Part shown: piece after piece, positions 50,850-63,233 of the stretch
Layout: each line of letters starts with the position of its first letter
Position numbering within the stretch: the stretch's first letter is position 1
Assembly (NCBI GenBank): GCA_964035545.1
Contig: OZ037765.1
Location: 10,178,698 to 10,242,697 of the forward strand
DNA: 64,000 nt
Direction of reading: 5' to 3'
Origin: Bugula neritina
Lineage: Eukaryota; Animalia; Bryozoa
The notes under the pieces: generated by a model
The model's input: the letters and a program-made list of their open reading frames with translations, nothing else
Told to the model about the DNA's origin: nothing
The model's database searches: none
Made by a program: the position numbers and the translations under genes

Positions 50850-53800
50850 ATGAGTCAAGACAGATCACACAGACGAGGAGGGGAGGATGCTCTCTATAGA
50901 ATTGCACCCCACCACTACATTCATGTCTTGGATCAGAATACGAACATCACCACCTTGCACATTGGACCCAAAACCTACATTCGCCAGGACAATGAAAGGC
51001 AAGTACTATGTATGAACTGCTTACTTAGTAAATGTGGTGATTTTGTATTATTTTCAATGATGAAAAATACTAATCAGTAAATAACTATTTAGTCAGCCCA
51101 CTTTAGCAGCAGTATAACCTAAATGCTCTCAACAGACACTGTAAAGTTGAAGCAAATGTCATTAGCCAGTAAATTTCCAGTCCTGCTGGAAACGCATTGT
51201 GTGCAACAGGAAATCAGTTTATTGTGACCCTAGGCTAATTTAGAGTATTGTTGGTTTATCTGCTATGAAGTCAGCAGTTTAATTTGAAAAAAAGAATTGT
51301 TGCTACCAGCATAGCTGCCCTTGCAGCTCCCCCTGTTATCTGATGTGACAACTCACTGATTTTTGTAGAGTGGTGTTTGGTCCGGAGCGAATGATCACTA
51401 TTCCTCCAAGACATTATTGTGTAATAGAGAATCCAGTAGCCAGAAATGATGACAGTGAGGTTATTATGGATAATGGCCAGGCTAAACTCCTTCATGCTGA
51501 CCAGGAAATTCGACATGCTCAGGCAAGTTGTGCTTAAAATTCATTTGTCTTACCATTTCCTGTGCAATCAGTAATTAGGGAGGATTTAATGCGTTATTTG
51601 TTCTGTTAACACAAATGAACAGTATTGTGTATTTTTAACATTTGAAAATATTTCCCCTGCAGGATCCTTTCCCACTGTACCCAGGGGAGGTGGTGCACAC
51701 AAAAGTCTCGCCTCTGAAAGTTGTAGAGGCTAATTCAGCACTCAGACTAAAAGCGTTACTAGACTTTGAAAGTGGACCAGAGAAACGGACAGCTGGGGAC
51801 GAGTGGCTATTTGAAGGCCCCGGTAAACTTTATGCCACCTTTACTCAGTCTATACATGACCTATTTGTTACTCAGTCTACTTATTACTCCGGCAATGAAT
51901 CTCTTAAATGCATCATACAGTTTACTTCATATCCTACAAAAATATTACATTGATTAACTCTATTAAACTCAAGAGCTCTCTAATTGCCCACAGTTATCAA
52001 GTACATTGTATGATGCTGTGCTCATGATTAGGTACCTACCTGCCAAGGAAGGAGGTCTCAATAGTGGAGTCCGTCAGGTCTACGATAATAAAACCTAATC
52101 AGGCCATCAAGTTGCAAGCCAGAAAAGAATGTGTTGATAGAGACGGTAAGCAGCGAGTGACTGGAGAGGAATGGCTGGTAGAAAGAGTTGGTGCTTATCT
52201 CCCCGGGGTCTACGAAGAAGTTGTAGACATGGTAAATGCCTATGTGCTCACTGAAAAGGTTAGTTCAAGGGATTGACATTTTACACTGATCTTTGGTTGA
52301 GTGTTTGGTTACTGCAAAGATGCTAGTTTCTGTGTTGCATTATTGATTGAGAGTTGTCATTTGGACACCGTTGATTTGCTTGCCCGACGTCCTGCTGGCC
52401 TTTGCCATATCGATAGACAGCTATCTGCACCTGCAATCTCATACACTATATTTTTAAGATTACTGCAGCTAATTAGTCTATGTTCTTGATTCTTAAAATA
52501 TATATAAGGAACTGCATATATGTGTGTGTGATGGAGTCTTGCTGATTTATTTCCATGCTCTAATCAGTGGTTGCCTCCCATGTCAGCTGTTCAATTTCTC
52601 TTGTTGGTATTTCATAGGTGGCTCTCCATATGAGGTGTTTGAAGTCATTCACAGATCGTTCAAATCAATCGAGGAAGAATGGTGAGGAATGGCTGATCAA
52701 GATGTCCGACACCGAAACCTACATTCCCGACGTGTACGAGGAGGTGGTGGGCGTGGTTAACATCACTTCACTCAGCAACCGACAGTACTGTGTCATTCTA
52801 AATCCTGTGGACGAGAACGGCAAACCACAGCTTTCCAAGAAGAAACTAGTCAGGGTGTGTTTTAAATGATCAAATAAATTCAAACTACATGCTTGCAGAA
52901 TATATATTAAATATTGTAAGAAGCCTATCAAGTAGTTTGGCCTTAAACTTAAACTAAAAGAAGTGGTTGTAAATTAAAAAAAACATTAGCTATTTATTTG
53001 AATATGTCATTATTCTGTGTTTTTAGGGCGAGTGCTCATTTTTTCTGATGCCCGGGGAAACACTGGAGAAGGGAATACAGGCTATTTATGTGCTTGGTGA
53101 ACATCAGGGCCTGATTCTGAGGGCTATTGAGAAATTTGATGATGGCGTAAGTTGAGCATCTTCCTTTGTGCCAGGTTTGCTTTTACACAGTTTTATTATT
53201 TTGTTATCTTTGATATTAAGTTCAATGCATATGTTTCTAGCCAACCAAGCGCAACCCTGGTGACAAATGGATGATTCGTGGACCCACAGAGTATGTACCT
53301 CCAGTTGAGGTAGAGGTTGCGACGGAGAGACTTGCGATTCCTCTTGATGAAAACGAAGGGATTTACGTCCGTGATGTGAAAACTGGCAAAGTATGTTTAT
53401 GATTAGTATATTGATAATGTTTGTGTTGCTAGCATAGCACTGAGAAATATAGACTACCATATAGTAATTGTAAACGTTTAGGTTCGAGCTATAACGGGTG
53501 AGACCTACATGTTGAAAAGTGATGAAGAGTTGTGGAACAAGGAGTTGTCGCCCTCTGTTGAGGAATTACTTGCATCAGGAAAAGACCCATTGGCTGACAG
53601 GGGAACTCGAGGAGGTGTGTGTATGACATCACAGTGCTTCTTCAACCTACTGATATGATATTAAGAAGGCAATACTTGACATGTTTTGGCCTCATTATTG
53701 GATCCACAGCTACTAGAAAATGTCAATTGGAAAACACTTATTTGGAAAACGGACAATTCACCAATAGACAACTGGAAAATAGACATTTGAAAAATGAAGA

Positions 53801-55986
53801 ATATTAAAGATGAACTAGTCTGGAGGGTCAGTCAGGATCTGGCCAGGTCCAAAATAGCTTTCAACAATAAATATAAAGTCCAAATCAGTTAGGCCTATCA
53901 TGAAAGTAAAATAAGTTACCGAATAGTTTCAATTTTAAATTGCACATCTTTACAAAAAGCTATTTTGGACCGGACCAGATGCAGAATGCCCTTCCAGACT
54001 AGTCTATGTTTAATATTATTTATTTTCCAATTGTCTGTTGGTGAATTTTCTGTTTTCTAAATAAATGTTTTCCAAATGTCATTTTGAAATGTCGTGTCAC
54101 CTTCATTATTAGGTTAACTAAGATGAGCCCTGGTGATTAATTCATATTTAATAACATTGATGCCCTCCAAATGTAAATTTTGTGAAGTCTATTGAATTGG
54201 ACCGTAAAATATAACGTGTTGAATGCATTCTTTATTCAGGCTCTGGTGGTGGGAAACCCCGAGATAAAACTAGAGTGGTGACTTATAGAGTGCCTCACAA
54301 TGCAGCTGTCCAGATTTATGATTATAAAGATAAGAAAGCCAGGTAGGCATGTTATGTGTGTAAGACTTGCAATACAAGTAATAAGGATTGCAAAATTTTC
54401 TGTTCAATATTGTGTTGCTCAAACTTTCATAGTGCAAAAGGCTTGATCATTTAATACAAGTTTAAATGATTTGTGAAATGGTTTTCTCTGCTTGAGTTAC
54501 ATAATTGTTAATTATATATGTGGTACTATCTTTTTATCTTACAGGGTGATATTTGGACCAGACTTGGTTATGTTGGGCCCAGACGAACAATTCACCAAAT
54601 TGGCGCTTTCAGGAGGTAAACCTAAAAGGCCAAATGTGATAAAATCTCTCTGCCTGCTCCTGGGACCAGACTTCTGTACAGATATTGTGGTTGTGGAGAC
54701 GTCAGATCACGCTCGTCTCTCCCTTCAACTCTCCTACAACTGGCACTTTGAGATTCCCGACAAGAATGATGAAAAAGCAGCTGCAAAGCTGTTTAGTATT
54801 CCTGACTTTGTTGGTGATGCGTGCAAGGCCATAGCATCTCGTGTAAGAGGAGCTGTTGCTGGCGTTCCGTTTGACGAGTTTCACAAGGTATGTTAGCTTG
54901 CTTCTGAAATGTCAGAGATGACTAAATTTTGAATGCTTTTTGTTAAAATAAATATAAAAAAACTACTTTTTGTTGTAGAATTCGGCTAAGATTATTCGAT
55001 GCTCGGTGTTTGGCCTTGACGAGAACATGAAGGTGAAGGACCAGTTTTATTTTAGCCAAAATAATCTGATCATCACCTCCATAGATATTCAGTCGGTGGA
55101 GCCTGTGGACCAGAGGACGAGAGAGTCGCTGCAGAAGTCTGTGCAGCTGGCTATTGAGATCACTACCAACTCTCAGGAAGCTGCTGCCAAGCATGAAGCC
55201 GAGAGACTGGAGCAGGAGGCTAAAGGTCGTCTCGAGAGACAGAAAATTAGTGATGAGGCAGAGGCCGAGAAAGCGAGACGAGAGCTGCTGGAATTGCAGG
55301 TTACTGCTTTATGCTTTGCTTTATAGATGAGGGAAGTGTTGGAAGTATTTGTTGATTGACGTTACATGTATGAATGTTTTGCGACCTGCAGGCGAACAGT
55401 GCAGCTGTAGAAAGCACTGGACAAGCTAAGGCAGAGGCACAGTCTAGAGCTGAAGCTGCTAAAATTGAGGGTGAAGCAGCAGTTGATCAGGCCAAGCTCA
55501 AAGCAGAAGCTCTGAAGATTGAAGCTGTATGTTCAACTCTATTCTAGTGCTGCAAAATAATTCTCTATAACTTGAAGCGTATTTGATAAGTTTTTATATA
55601 TGCCCTAATTCCAATTTATCATGTGTTTTTAGGAGTCGGAACTTAACAGACTCTCTAATGCCAGGGCAGCAGAAAATAGATACATAAGTGAGCAGAATGA
55701 GCTGGAGGTTGCCAAAGCTAAGCAGATGTCTGCTATCGAAGTCGAGAAATTTAAAAATATGGTTCAGGCCATTGGAGCGGACACGCTGAGAGCTATGGCT
55801 AATGCTGGTCCTGAGACGCAGGCTAAGCTATTACAAGGGCTGGGTATCAAGTCCACCCTCATTACGGATGGGACATCACCTATCAACTTGTTCCAGACAG
55901 CACAAGGACTCCTTGGTGGCAATTTCCCTCCCTCAGCCAAGAAGGTGAAGCGTTATGATGCACCCAGTGATTCTGACTCAGACTAA
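50850..55986 (+). CDS. MVP: Major vault protein, ~861 aa, 13 coding exons
   Basis: Exons 50850-50998, 51369-51522, 51663-51822, 52032-52258, 52618-52854, 53027-53146, 53241-53390, 53482-53614, 54240-54342, 54545-54887, 54979-55299, 55392-55526 and 55633-55986 sum to 2586 nt. Hallmark motifs: [38 protein letters not shown] vault repeats, shoulder domain [28 protein letters not shown], cap helix [25 protein letters not shown], and [12 protein letters not shown]. Confidence 0.98.
53700..54101. mobile_element. Non-autonomous foldback/MULE-like element in MVP intron 8
   Basis: About 160-bp imperfect terminal inverted repeats (e.g. ACTAGTCTGGAGGG / CCCTTCCAGACTAGT; GGTCCAAAATAGCTTT / AAAGCTATTTTGGACC), GG..CC ends, and flanking 9-mers CTCATTATT (53691-53699) and TTCATTATT (54102-54110). 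Confidence 0.75.
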
Positions 55987-56467
55987 CTCTTTTAAACATG
56001 ACTTTGTGCAGCTTGATCTTCACAGGCAATCGTTTATATTTTGATATTCTAAATATTCCCTTTCTGTATCTGTGGTTTACCTATGTTTTGTAGTTTTGAA
56101 ACATATTCTCTGTTGTATTTTTGCAATGATTTTGAAAAAGCAAGTTGTGATTTTTCACATTTATATTTTGGTGATTTTCTTCAATTGTTAAAATTAGATA
56201 GTACCTTTGTGTTATTTTCCTATGTTATTTTCTGAAAAATACAAATGCTTTAAATTTTAAAATACCATAAGATTATAATGCAGTACATGTATTTGAAATT
56301 CTACTTGCTAAAAAGCTCAAAGTATATGTAGTATAGTAGCTTTGGAACCCGAAACACATAGCAAATTTCTATGCAGAGTATGTAGCAACACAAAGCGGCT
56401 GTGTAGGTTCAGTTGTAGTTGGAGGCACATTAGTAGACAGGTCTCACAGACCATATTATAGACTTAT

Positions 56468-59400
56468 TTAATCTTTGATTATTGGTGGAACATATCCTGG
56501 CTTTATAGCAGCTGCCAATTCTTCAGTGTATAAATCCAATCTCTGAGTCATCTAAAAATAGAATACTATAATTAGTCAAATTTTGCAGTACTGAAATTCA
56601 TAATCTAGACAAAACCATGTAGAAAGAATTGTGTGAGAATATGTATACATTGGGATTTTATGTTGAAAACCAGTTTGTGGTGCTCCATGAAGGGCTTTAA
56701 AAAAACATGTAAACACAATTTAGCACATTTGAAAGCATTTTAATAAAATCTCTTTGAAATGAGGCATGGGGGAACTTGCTGAACAGGTGACAGGATACAA
56801 TTAAAACGCTTTAAATATTATATGAAATCACATAATGCAATGCTATGCTGCTTGTGGTAACGATAAGTGACAATTACACCAGCAATGAATTAATAACACT
56901 TTGATAATGAAAGATGAATTCAGGAAACTGAGCTAGCTTAGTGATCTCTACAGTATTTATTTAATTATAATGATGTTTACTAAGAGCTGTACCTCATCAA
57001 TGGATAGTGTATATGTTTGCCCAAATATGAACCATGCATGACTCATAAATTAATATATTTTGTACGTCGAATTCACCCTAACAAGTTTTAGTCAATTGTG
57101 GCTGCAAAAACTCAATGAAAATGGTGGCATTTTGCAGCCCATATAACTTAGAGTAATTTTATTACATTTAATACCTGATGATGTAATTGTGAATACATAA
57201 ACTAATTACCTAGTTGTTTATGTATACATGTTTGTATAATGCCACCATTTGCGTTATTTTATGAATAAATTTTGTAGTTTTTGAAGTGCCTGAAATTTGG
57301 GCAAAAATTTCAATATAAATAGCTATACTACAGGAAAAAAGGTGTTGCTGCGTAATAAAAATTACTTGCAGCAGTGGAGCTTCAGCAAAAGCACAGGCTA
57401 TTATGTGTTATACCTTAAAACACCATTTGTCTTTGATTTGTCTGCAAAGGTTCAAATCTATCTCAGTGACAAGCAAACCATCCTTGATCCTGGATAATCC
57501 CTAAAACAGTCCATTCAAACTATTGTAATTACTCCGTCAATTACAAAAATATTCTAAAATAACTATTTTTTTCAAAACACAGGATTCACAACAATTACAA
57601 CTTATAAAATAATGTTACTTACAATAAAAAACATCAATTCCAATTTTATTATTTCTAGTTATGCTTAACATGATGTAGTAGTCAAGTTAGCTATTTTCAA
57701 GACTTAATACAGCCATATAATGGCAATAGCAACTTAGTGCCTTCTATAAGATATTTATAGAACTCAACTTACAGGTGTTCGACTTCCATCAGGGCAAGCA
57801 ACATAAGAGGAACCATAGAAGTGACCAAAATCTTTATGAGCAGCTTTACCATCCCCAGACGTGAACTCATTTGGAAATGTTTCCTGTAAGTGAGTTTTAA
57901 CTTCATACAACTTGTTGAGATATGTGGAAGTAATTTAGTCATTCGAAATTGGTGAAATGTTGAAAACTTGACAATTATATTGATTTTATGAACAAATTCT
58001 ATTAGAATATACAGTTAAAGAATGACAATGAAGTGGCGAGTAACTACATTTTGTATTACAATATATTATAGACAAACCGTTCCAACTCTGTTAATAGCCA
58101 CAGTGTAATAGGAGTTGGCTATTGCAGCACATCTCGCCTCTATACCCCACATAGGCTCGCTGAAACAAACACAAACTGATACATTATAATTTGCAGGTTC
58201 AGTAAAGTTTGGTGCACTCAATGGTTAAAGTAAATACTGCTTAGTATACAAAACAGTTATATTCAACATAATTATAACAATATGTTATTAAATTAAAACT
58301 TTATGAAATTTGCAGTGACAAGAAATAGAGTATTACTTTTGTTGTTACTGCTGCTAGTACTACTGCTGCTATTGCTGTTACTACTGCTACTGCTACTACT
58401 GCTATTGCTGTTACTGCTGCTACTACTACTACTGCTACTGCTGCTGCTACTACTACTACTGCTGCTACAACCGCTGCTGCTACTAGTATTGCCACTACTA
58501 CTAACTCTGCTGCTGCTGCTACTACTAGTAGCAGCAGTCGTACTATTAGCAGCAGTAGTAGTAGCAGTATTACTAGTATCAGTAGTACTAGTAGCAGTAG
58601 TACTAGTAGCAGTAGTATCAGTAAGGTAAAAGTTATAAGTTTGGGATGTTCAAGAAAGCGGTTTGAACTTCATGAAATACCTGAGTGCACCAACTGTTGC
58701 TGAAGGATTGAAGACAATTTCAGCTCCATTAATTCCATACATCATCCAGTTCTGAGGATGATGTCTACCGTAGCAGATGTTGATAGCTAATTTCCCAAAC
58801 TGTGTCTCAAATACAGGGTGGCCAGTGTTTCCCTCCATGTAGTATGTTGACTGAAATCAGACCTGGCTATGTAATAGTGCTATACACACACCTGTACTGT
58901 TATAATAACATAATCTAACAAAATATAGCATATAATACTATGTTATATAATACAATAGTAACAACTATAATATTTTATAACAGTATACATTATGTTAAAA
59001 GAGAATGTATTAAAATAGAATTGAATGAATTGTGAAAATGATAACTGAGTATATTGTGTCATACATACTATATTATAATATAAGAAGTGCTGTATTTTAC
59101 CCTATTCACTAAATTATAAAAACAAATGATTCACAATTGAAATTATGTATTATTGTGGTCATTTGTGTCCCAATACAATTGCTCGAAAAGCATTAACACA
59201 TAAATAATTTTGTTTACTTGTTTAATAACTGCTACATTCAATTCTGGCCTTATATATTTATTTAAACTATGTATAATATTTTTGTAAGGTTGTATATAAA
59301 TATAATTTGCATTTGTGAGAGTGAACTTTTCTGTAAGTTTTGAGATGAATTATAATGTATCATACAAGTGCATGCCATTGTTATCGTTTTTAAATGAAAG

Positions 59401-62400
59401 TCAATTATTCTAAATACTATGCTAAACTATTGATATGGAAATGATATTGTTTTTTTAAATCAGTAAATGAATTAACATACAGTTACCTACAACTTAAAAT
59501 AAAAATATATTACTTTTAAAAATTGTGGCCCAGTTTAAGAAATTATGCCCGGCATTCCACTAGTTGTATATATGACATATATAGTGTACTAAAAACACCA
59601 TAAAATACTATTTAACCTTACATTGTATCATAAAAATATAATTTAGTACAAGATAATTATTATAGTTAATATAACTCTATAGTTACTTTCTGTTTTAACA
59701 GCATCAACAATAAAAACTCACTTCATTGAAATCCCCCACTCTCGGGATGTGATTTTTTCGACTTTTCCCAAGATAATCTCCAGTATTAGAAATTACAACT
59801 GTAATTATAATGAAATAGTTTAATACATACAAATTCTAACTATGTTTTGGCTACTAAATAAATTATACATAATTCAAAAAATTTCTCAACAGCTATCCCT
59901 GTGAGAACCCCTGATAGAAAGAGTTTTTAAAGTGAGCTAAAGACTTAGTCATAAGTGGCACAGGGGCAATTATGATTGGATGCTCTTCCTAACATCACCA
60001 ATAGCCTTTACTGGGGTCCGAACCACTGACCTTGTGTTTACTGAGCTAAGTACTTTACCCCCTAGACCACAGCATCTCTCTTAGTGACTTTTATTAGACT
60101 ATGATATAATTATTTACCTGTAGTATTCCACATGACGTCATTTGCATCTCGCTCTAGAATTGGAGAAAGAATCACCATGTTGTACTTTTTAGCCAACTGT
60201 AAATATAACCAACGCTGTATAGATAACTACATATTTATCTTAAATTTCACCCACTGGTGCAGTAATAGTCTTTTGCTCACCTGGTGCTCAAGAACAAACT
60301 AGCGTTTTTTGATTAGAGTTGTTTCTAAACAATAAAATTTTCTCCAGAACAAAGACTAAACATAAAAACCTGTCACTTTACTATAATTTTTGAGAGCTAA
60401 AAATAGAAAGATTATGTTAGGTAGTATAATTTATTGTTATGTGAGCGTAATCTCAACTAAATAATCACAATTTTTAAACTTACTACATGTAACACACTGA
60501 CTAGAGGTCAGTCTGTATTTGACCTCATAACCTATTTCATTTAAAACAAATGACCTACTATACTCTGGCAATCCTAAACAGGCAATACATACTATAAATA
60601 TTTATACTGCATTTGGCAGAGGTAGGTGCAGTAATGGAGAAATTGAGAAAAGCCTGTGTTCTAGATTAGAAATGTAGCAAAAGAAGTTGTGTTCTCACAA
60701 GAACCAAAATTTATAAACAAATTTAAAGAACTTAGGCTATCTCAATTTTTTCACTACTGCTCCTAAATGATTAGGCGATGTATCATAGCTATAAATAGTA
60801 GAATTTAAATCCTGTCAGAATTTACCTCCTGCAGCATCTGCGTAGTTGGACCACTTTCAGCTGACTCAGCAAACTCACACCAAGGTTTCTTCTCTCTTGT
60901 ACAGAAAGTGAAGGGCATTGCTATAACAGATTAAAAAGAATCAGACATGACTTAAGCATGAAAATTGGATTAAAAACTGTATAAAGGAAACTTGCTTGTG
61001 ATGTATTATTAAAATATTATACCAATTATAGTCCATGCACTACAAATACTTACTCCAACATTCCTGCAGACATATAATGTTACATTCACACATTGCAGCC
61101 ACGTCTATTATGTCACTAATTCTTTTCCATAAAGCATTTCTCTACAAATTAGCAAGTTCAGCAATAATAATATCCTGTCATGCCAAAAGTTCTAACATTT
61201 TTTTCCCTACATTCTAAACGTTAAAGCATAACCTGCTTCCGTCAATTCTATTAGACAAGTAAATATGGCAATACAGTAAAAAGTATGTTTCATGTATTAT
61301 AATAAAACAGATGACTGAAGCAACAATTATTGTAGACTTATGACAATAAGTACGAAAAGGTTCCACACAGCATTACCTGCTCTATAATAGGCTTGTCCGT
61401 AGGCAGCACTATTTGGTTTTGTATGGCACCAACTCTAACTACTCTGGCTGCTCTGGTCTCTTCTGCATGAGCCAAATCCTTCAGGGAATGTCCTGCGAGC
61501 TCAAAGTTCTTGGCGGCAGCAAGTTCAACTGCTGCCGACGGCAAATCAAGAGACCTGTAAGATGAGACCCTCACCTGTATTCTATGCCATTGAAACAATA
61601 ACTTATCTTTGAATTGTACGTTTAGGTGCAGCAGTAGAGAAAATTTAATAGCCAAGTTTTTCAATTTTTTAATAGAGTTTTGTTTGGAGCGAGTTGAAAT
61701 TTTTGAGAAAACGTAACTTCTTTTGCTACATCTCTAATTTTGAACACAGGCTTTTCTCAATTTCTCTAATACTACACTTATAGCCTCCCTTTTAGCTGTT
61801 ATGCTAGTCAAGTGTCTAAGAGCTATCTTCGATCAGTTATTTCATGGATCTGTGAAACTGGAAAATTAGAACTTTATATAAAAAAATTATCGGCCTACCA
61901 CTAGACAAAGTAGAAGTTTGTACATAAGGAGTTCAAATTAATAACAGGATAAACAGTGAAAAGATAAGTTAAATATGGGAGGTTTCAAGTCAAAGCAAAT
62001 GAAGATTTGTAATCATTTGCATGAAGCTAGTCTTTGCAAATATCTGATCAGATGAGGTGGAGAAATAGACTGAAACGGTATCTTACATCTAGAGGAGAAA
62101 ACTACTGAATACACCTGCTGATAGAAAGGCGCACCTGAAGGCTCAGATCATCACCAACAGTCCAGAAACTATACAAAAATGTGACTGTCAAGAACTGTCA
62201 CTCACGGATTAGTCTATAGTCTATACAGTTCTAAACACAATCTTGGGGCATTAGCCATAGCCAGACTAGTTGGAGGAGGCCTAGCTGCTATTACTTGTCT
62301 ATTAGTCTGCTCAATCTCATATCTCAAACCAAGGATTAAAAGCTAAAGTCATCCTAAAAGCTAGACCTTAGCACCTAGTTAACAGTTTCTGTTGTTACTT

Positions 62401-62782
62401 TAGCAGTTTCAATTTCCTTAGACAGATACACTGACACCTGGTACAAACACTAGCATAACAGTAATGCTGCAGCAATAATTCAGAATTATACAATAACTTG
62501 TGATGCATATAATTGAATTTATAAGATAAGGAAGATAAGAAACCCCAAACCATTGCAACACCAACTCAGAGAGCAGTGTAAAGTAAACCCTCATCTACCA
62601 CACTACAAGTTTCAACTATGAACTACTATAGTGTTAGACTAATAGATCTGGAGCCAGTCTATTAATACTTACCCTTGCAGGCTGGCTGCCTTGCCATAGA
62701 GTATTCTCAGCACTTCCTCTCTCTCTTCAGGTGGCAAGTGCTTATGCAGACTTTGCTCAACTGATTGAAACGATCCAGCCAT
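56468..62782 (-). CDS. UPB1: Beta-ureidopropionase (beta-alanine synthase, nitrilase superfamily), ~386 aa, 11 exons
   Basis: Exons 62673-62782, 61377-61554, 61054-61141, 60826-60920, 60118-60196, 59722-59798, 58681-58850, 58078-58159, 57773-57883, 57414-57500 and 56468-56551 sum to 1161 nt. The catalytic triad is intact: E in ICLQECW, K in [14 protein letters not shown] in [10 protein letters not shown]. Other motifs: [31 protein letters not shown]. Confidence 0.97.
58340..58620. repeat. Compound trinucleotide microsatellite (CTA/CTG)n switching to (TAG/CAG)n
   Basis: ACT/GCT triplets to ~58525, then AGT/AGC triplets; lies in UPB1 intron 7. Confidence 0.93.
59892..60078 (-). mobile_element. 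tRNA-derived SINE copy (UPB1 intron)
   Basis: Reverse complement of the 21828 element: CTGTGAGAACCCCTGATAG..GCTAAAGACTTAG..GGCACAGGGGCAATTATGA..CTTCCTAACATCACC..CCGAACCACTGAC. Confidence 0.75.
60623..60765. mobile_element. MITE family A copy (UPB1 intron 4)
   Basis: taGGTGCAGTAATGGAGAAATTGAGAAAAGCCTGTGTTCTAGATTAG..CTCAATTTTTTCACTACTGCTCCta. Confidence 0.8.
61623..61780. mobile_element. MITE family A copy (UPB1 intron 1), inverted relative to the 60623 copy
   Basis: taGGTGCAGCAGTAGAGAAA..CTTCTTTTGCTACATCTCTAATTTTGAACACAGGCTTTTCTCAATTTCTCTAATACTACACTta. Confidence 0.75.
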
Positions 62783-63067
62783 GCTAAACAGTGTGACACT
62801 AATGTGAAGCTGCTGCACCTCAGTGTACACGTAGCGAGTAATTGTCTGCAAGTTGAGCTACTATTTCAATGCAACTGCAAACTGTCAGTGCAACTAGGGT
62901 AGCAATATATTGTCTCAATATGTAAATACTGCGGGGCCTTTATTGAATATACAACAGTATAATTGTGGGTGGAATAGATGTCATCCCGTAACTAATAGTG
63001 TAGTAGACAAAGAGAGCATAGACTAGATGTCACTCATGACATATGGCCATAGAAATTTATGCGGTTC

Positions 63068-63233
63068 ATGAATGGTTTTATAAGCAGCTCAGAGTTAGGG
63101 TGATTGAAAGCAGTAATTTGTGGTTCTCGAGTTTGGAGTAGGGGTCTATTGAGACCCCCAACTTTAAACTCAAGAACTGCAAACTACTGGACTCAGTCAC
63201 CCCCAATTTGAAGCTGCTTATAAAAATATTCAT
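63068..63233. mobile_element. Palindromic (hairpin) MITE-like element upstream of UPB1
   Basis: Arms ATGAAT..TTTTATAAGCAGCT..GGTGATTGA..GTTCTCGAGTTT / AAACTCAAGAAC..TCAGTCACC..AGCTGCTTATAAAAATATTCAT around the centre GGGGTCTATTGAGACCCC. Confidence 0.65.

Noticed and set aside
58301-58629. Poly-Leu and poly-Val/Ala ORFs resembling membrane proteins
   Set aside because: They are the trinucleotide repeat inside a UPB1 intron; there is no splice or promoter support.
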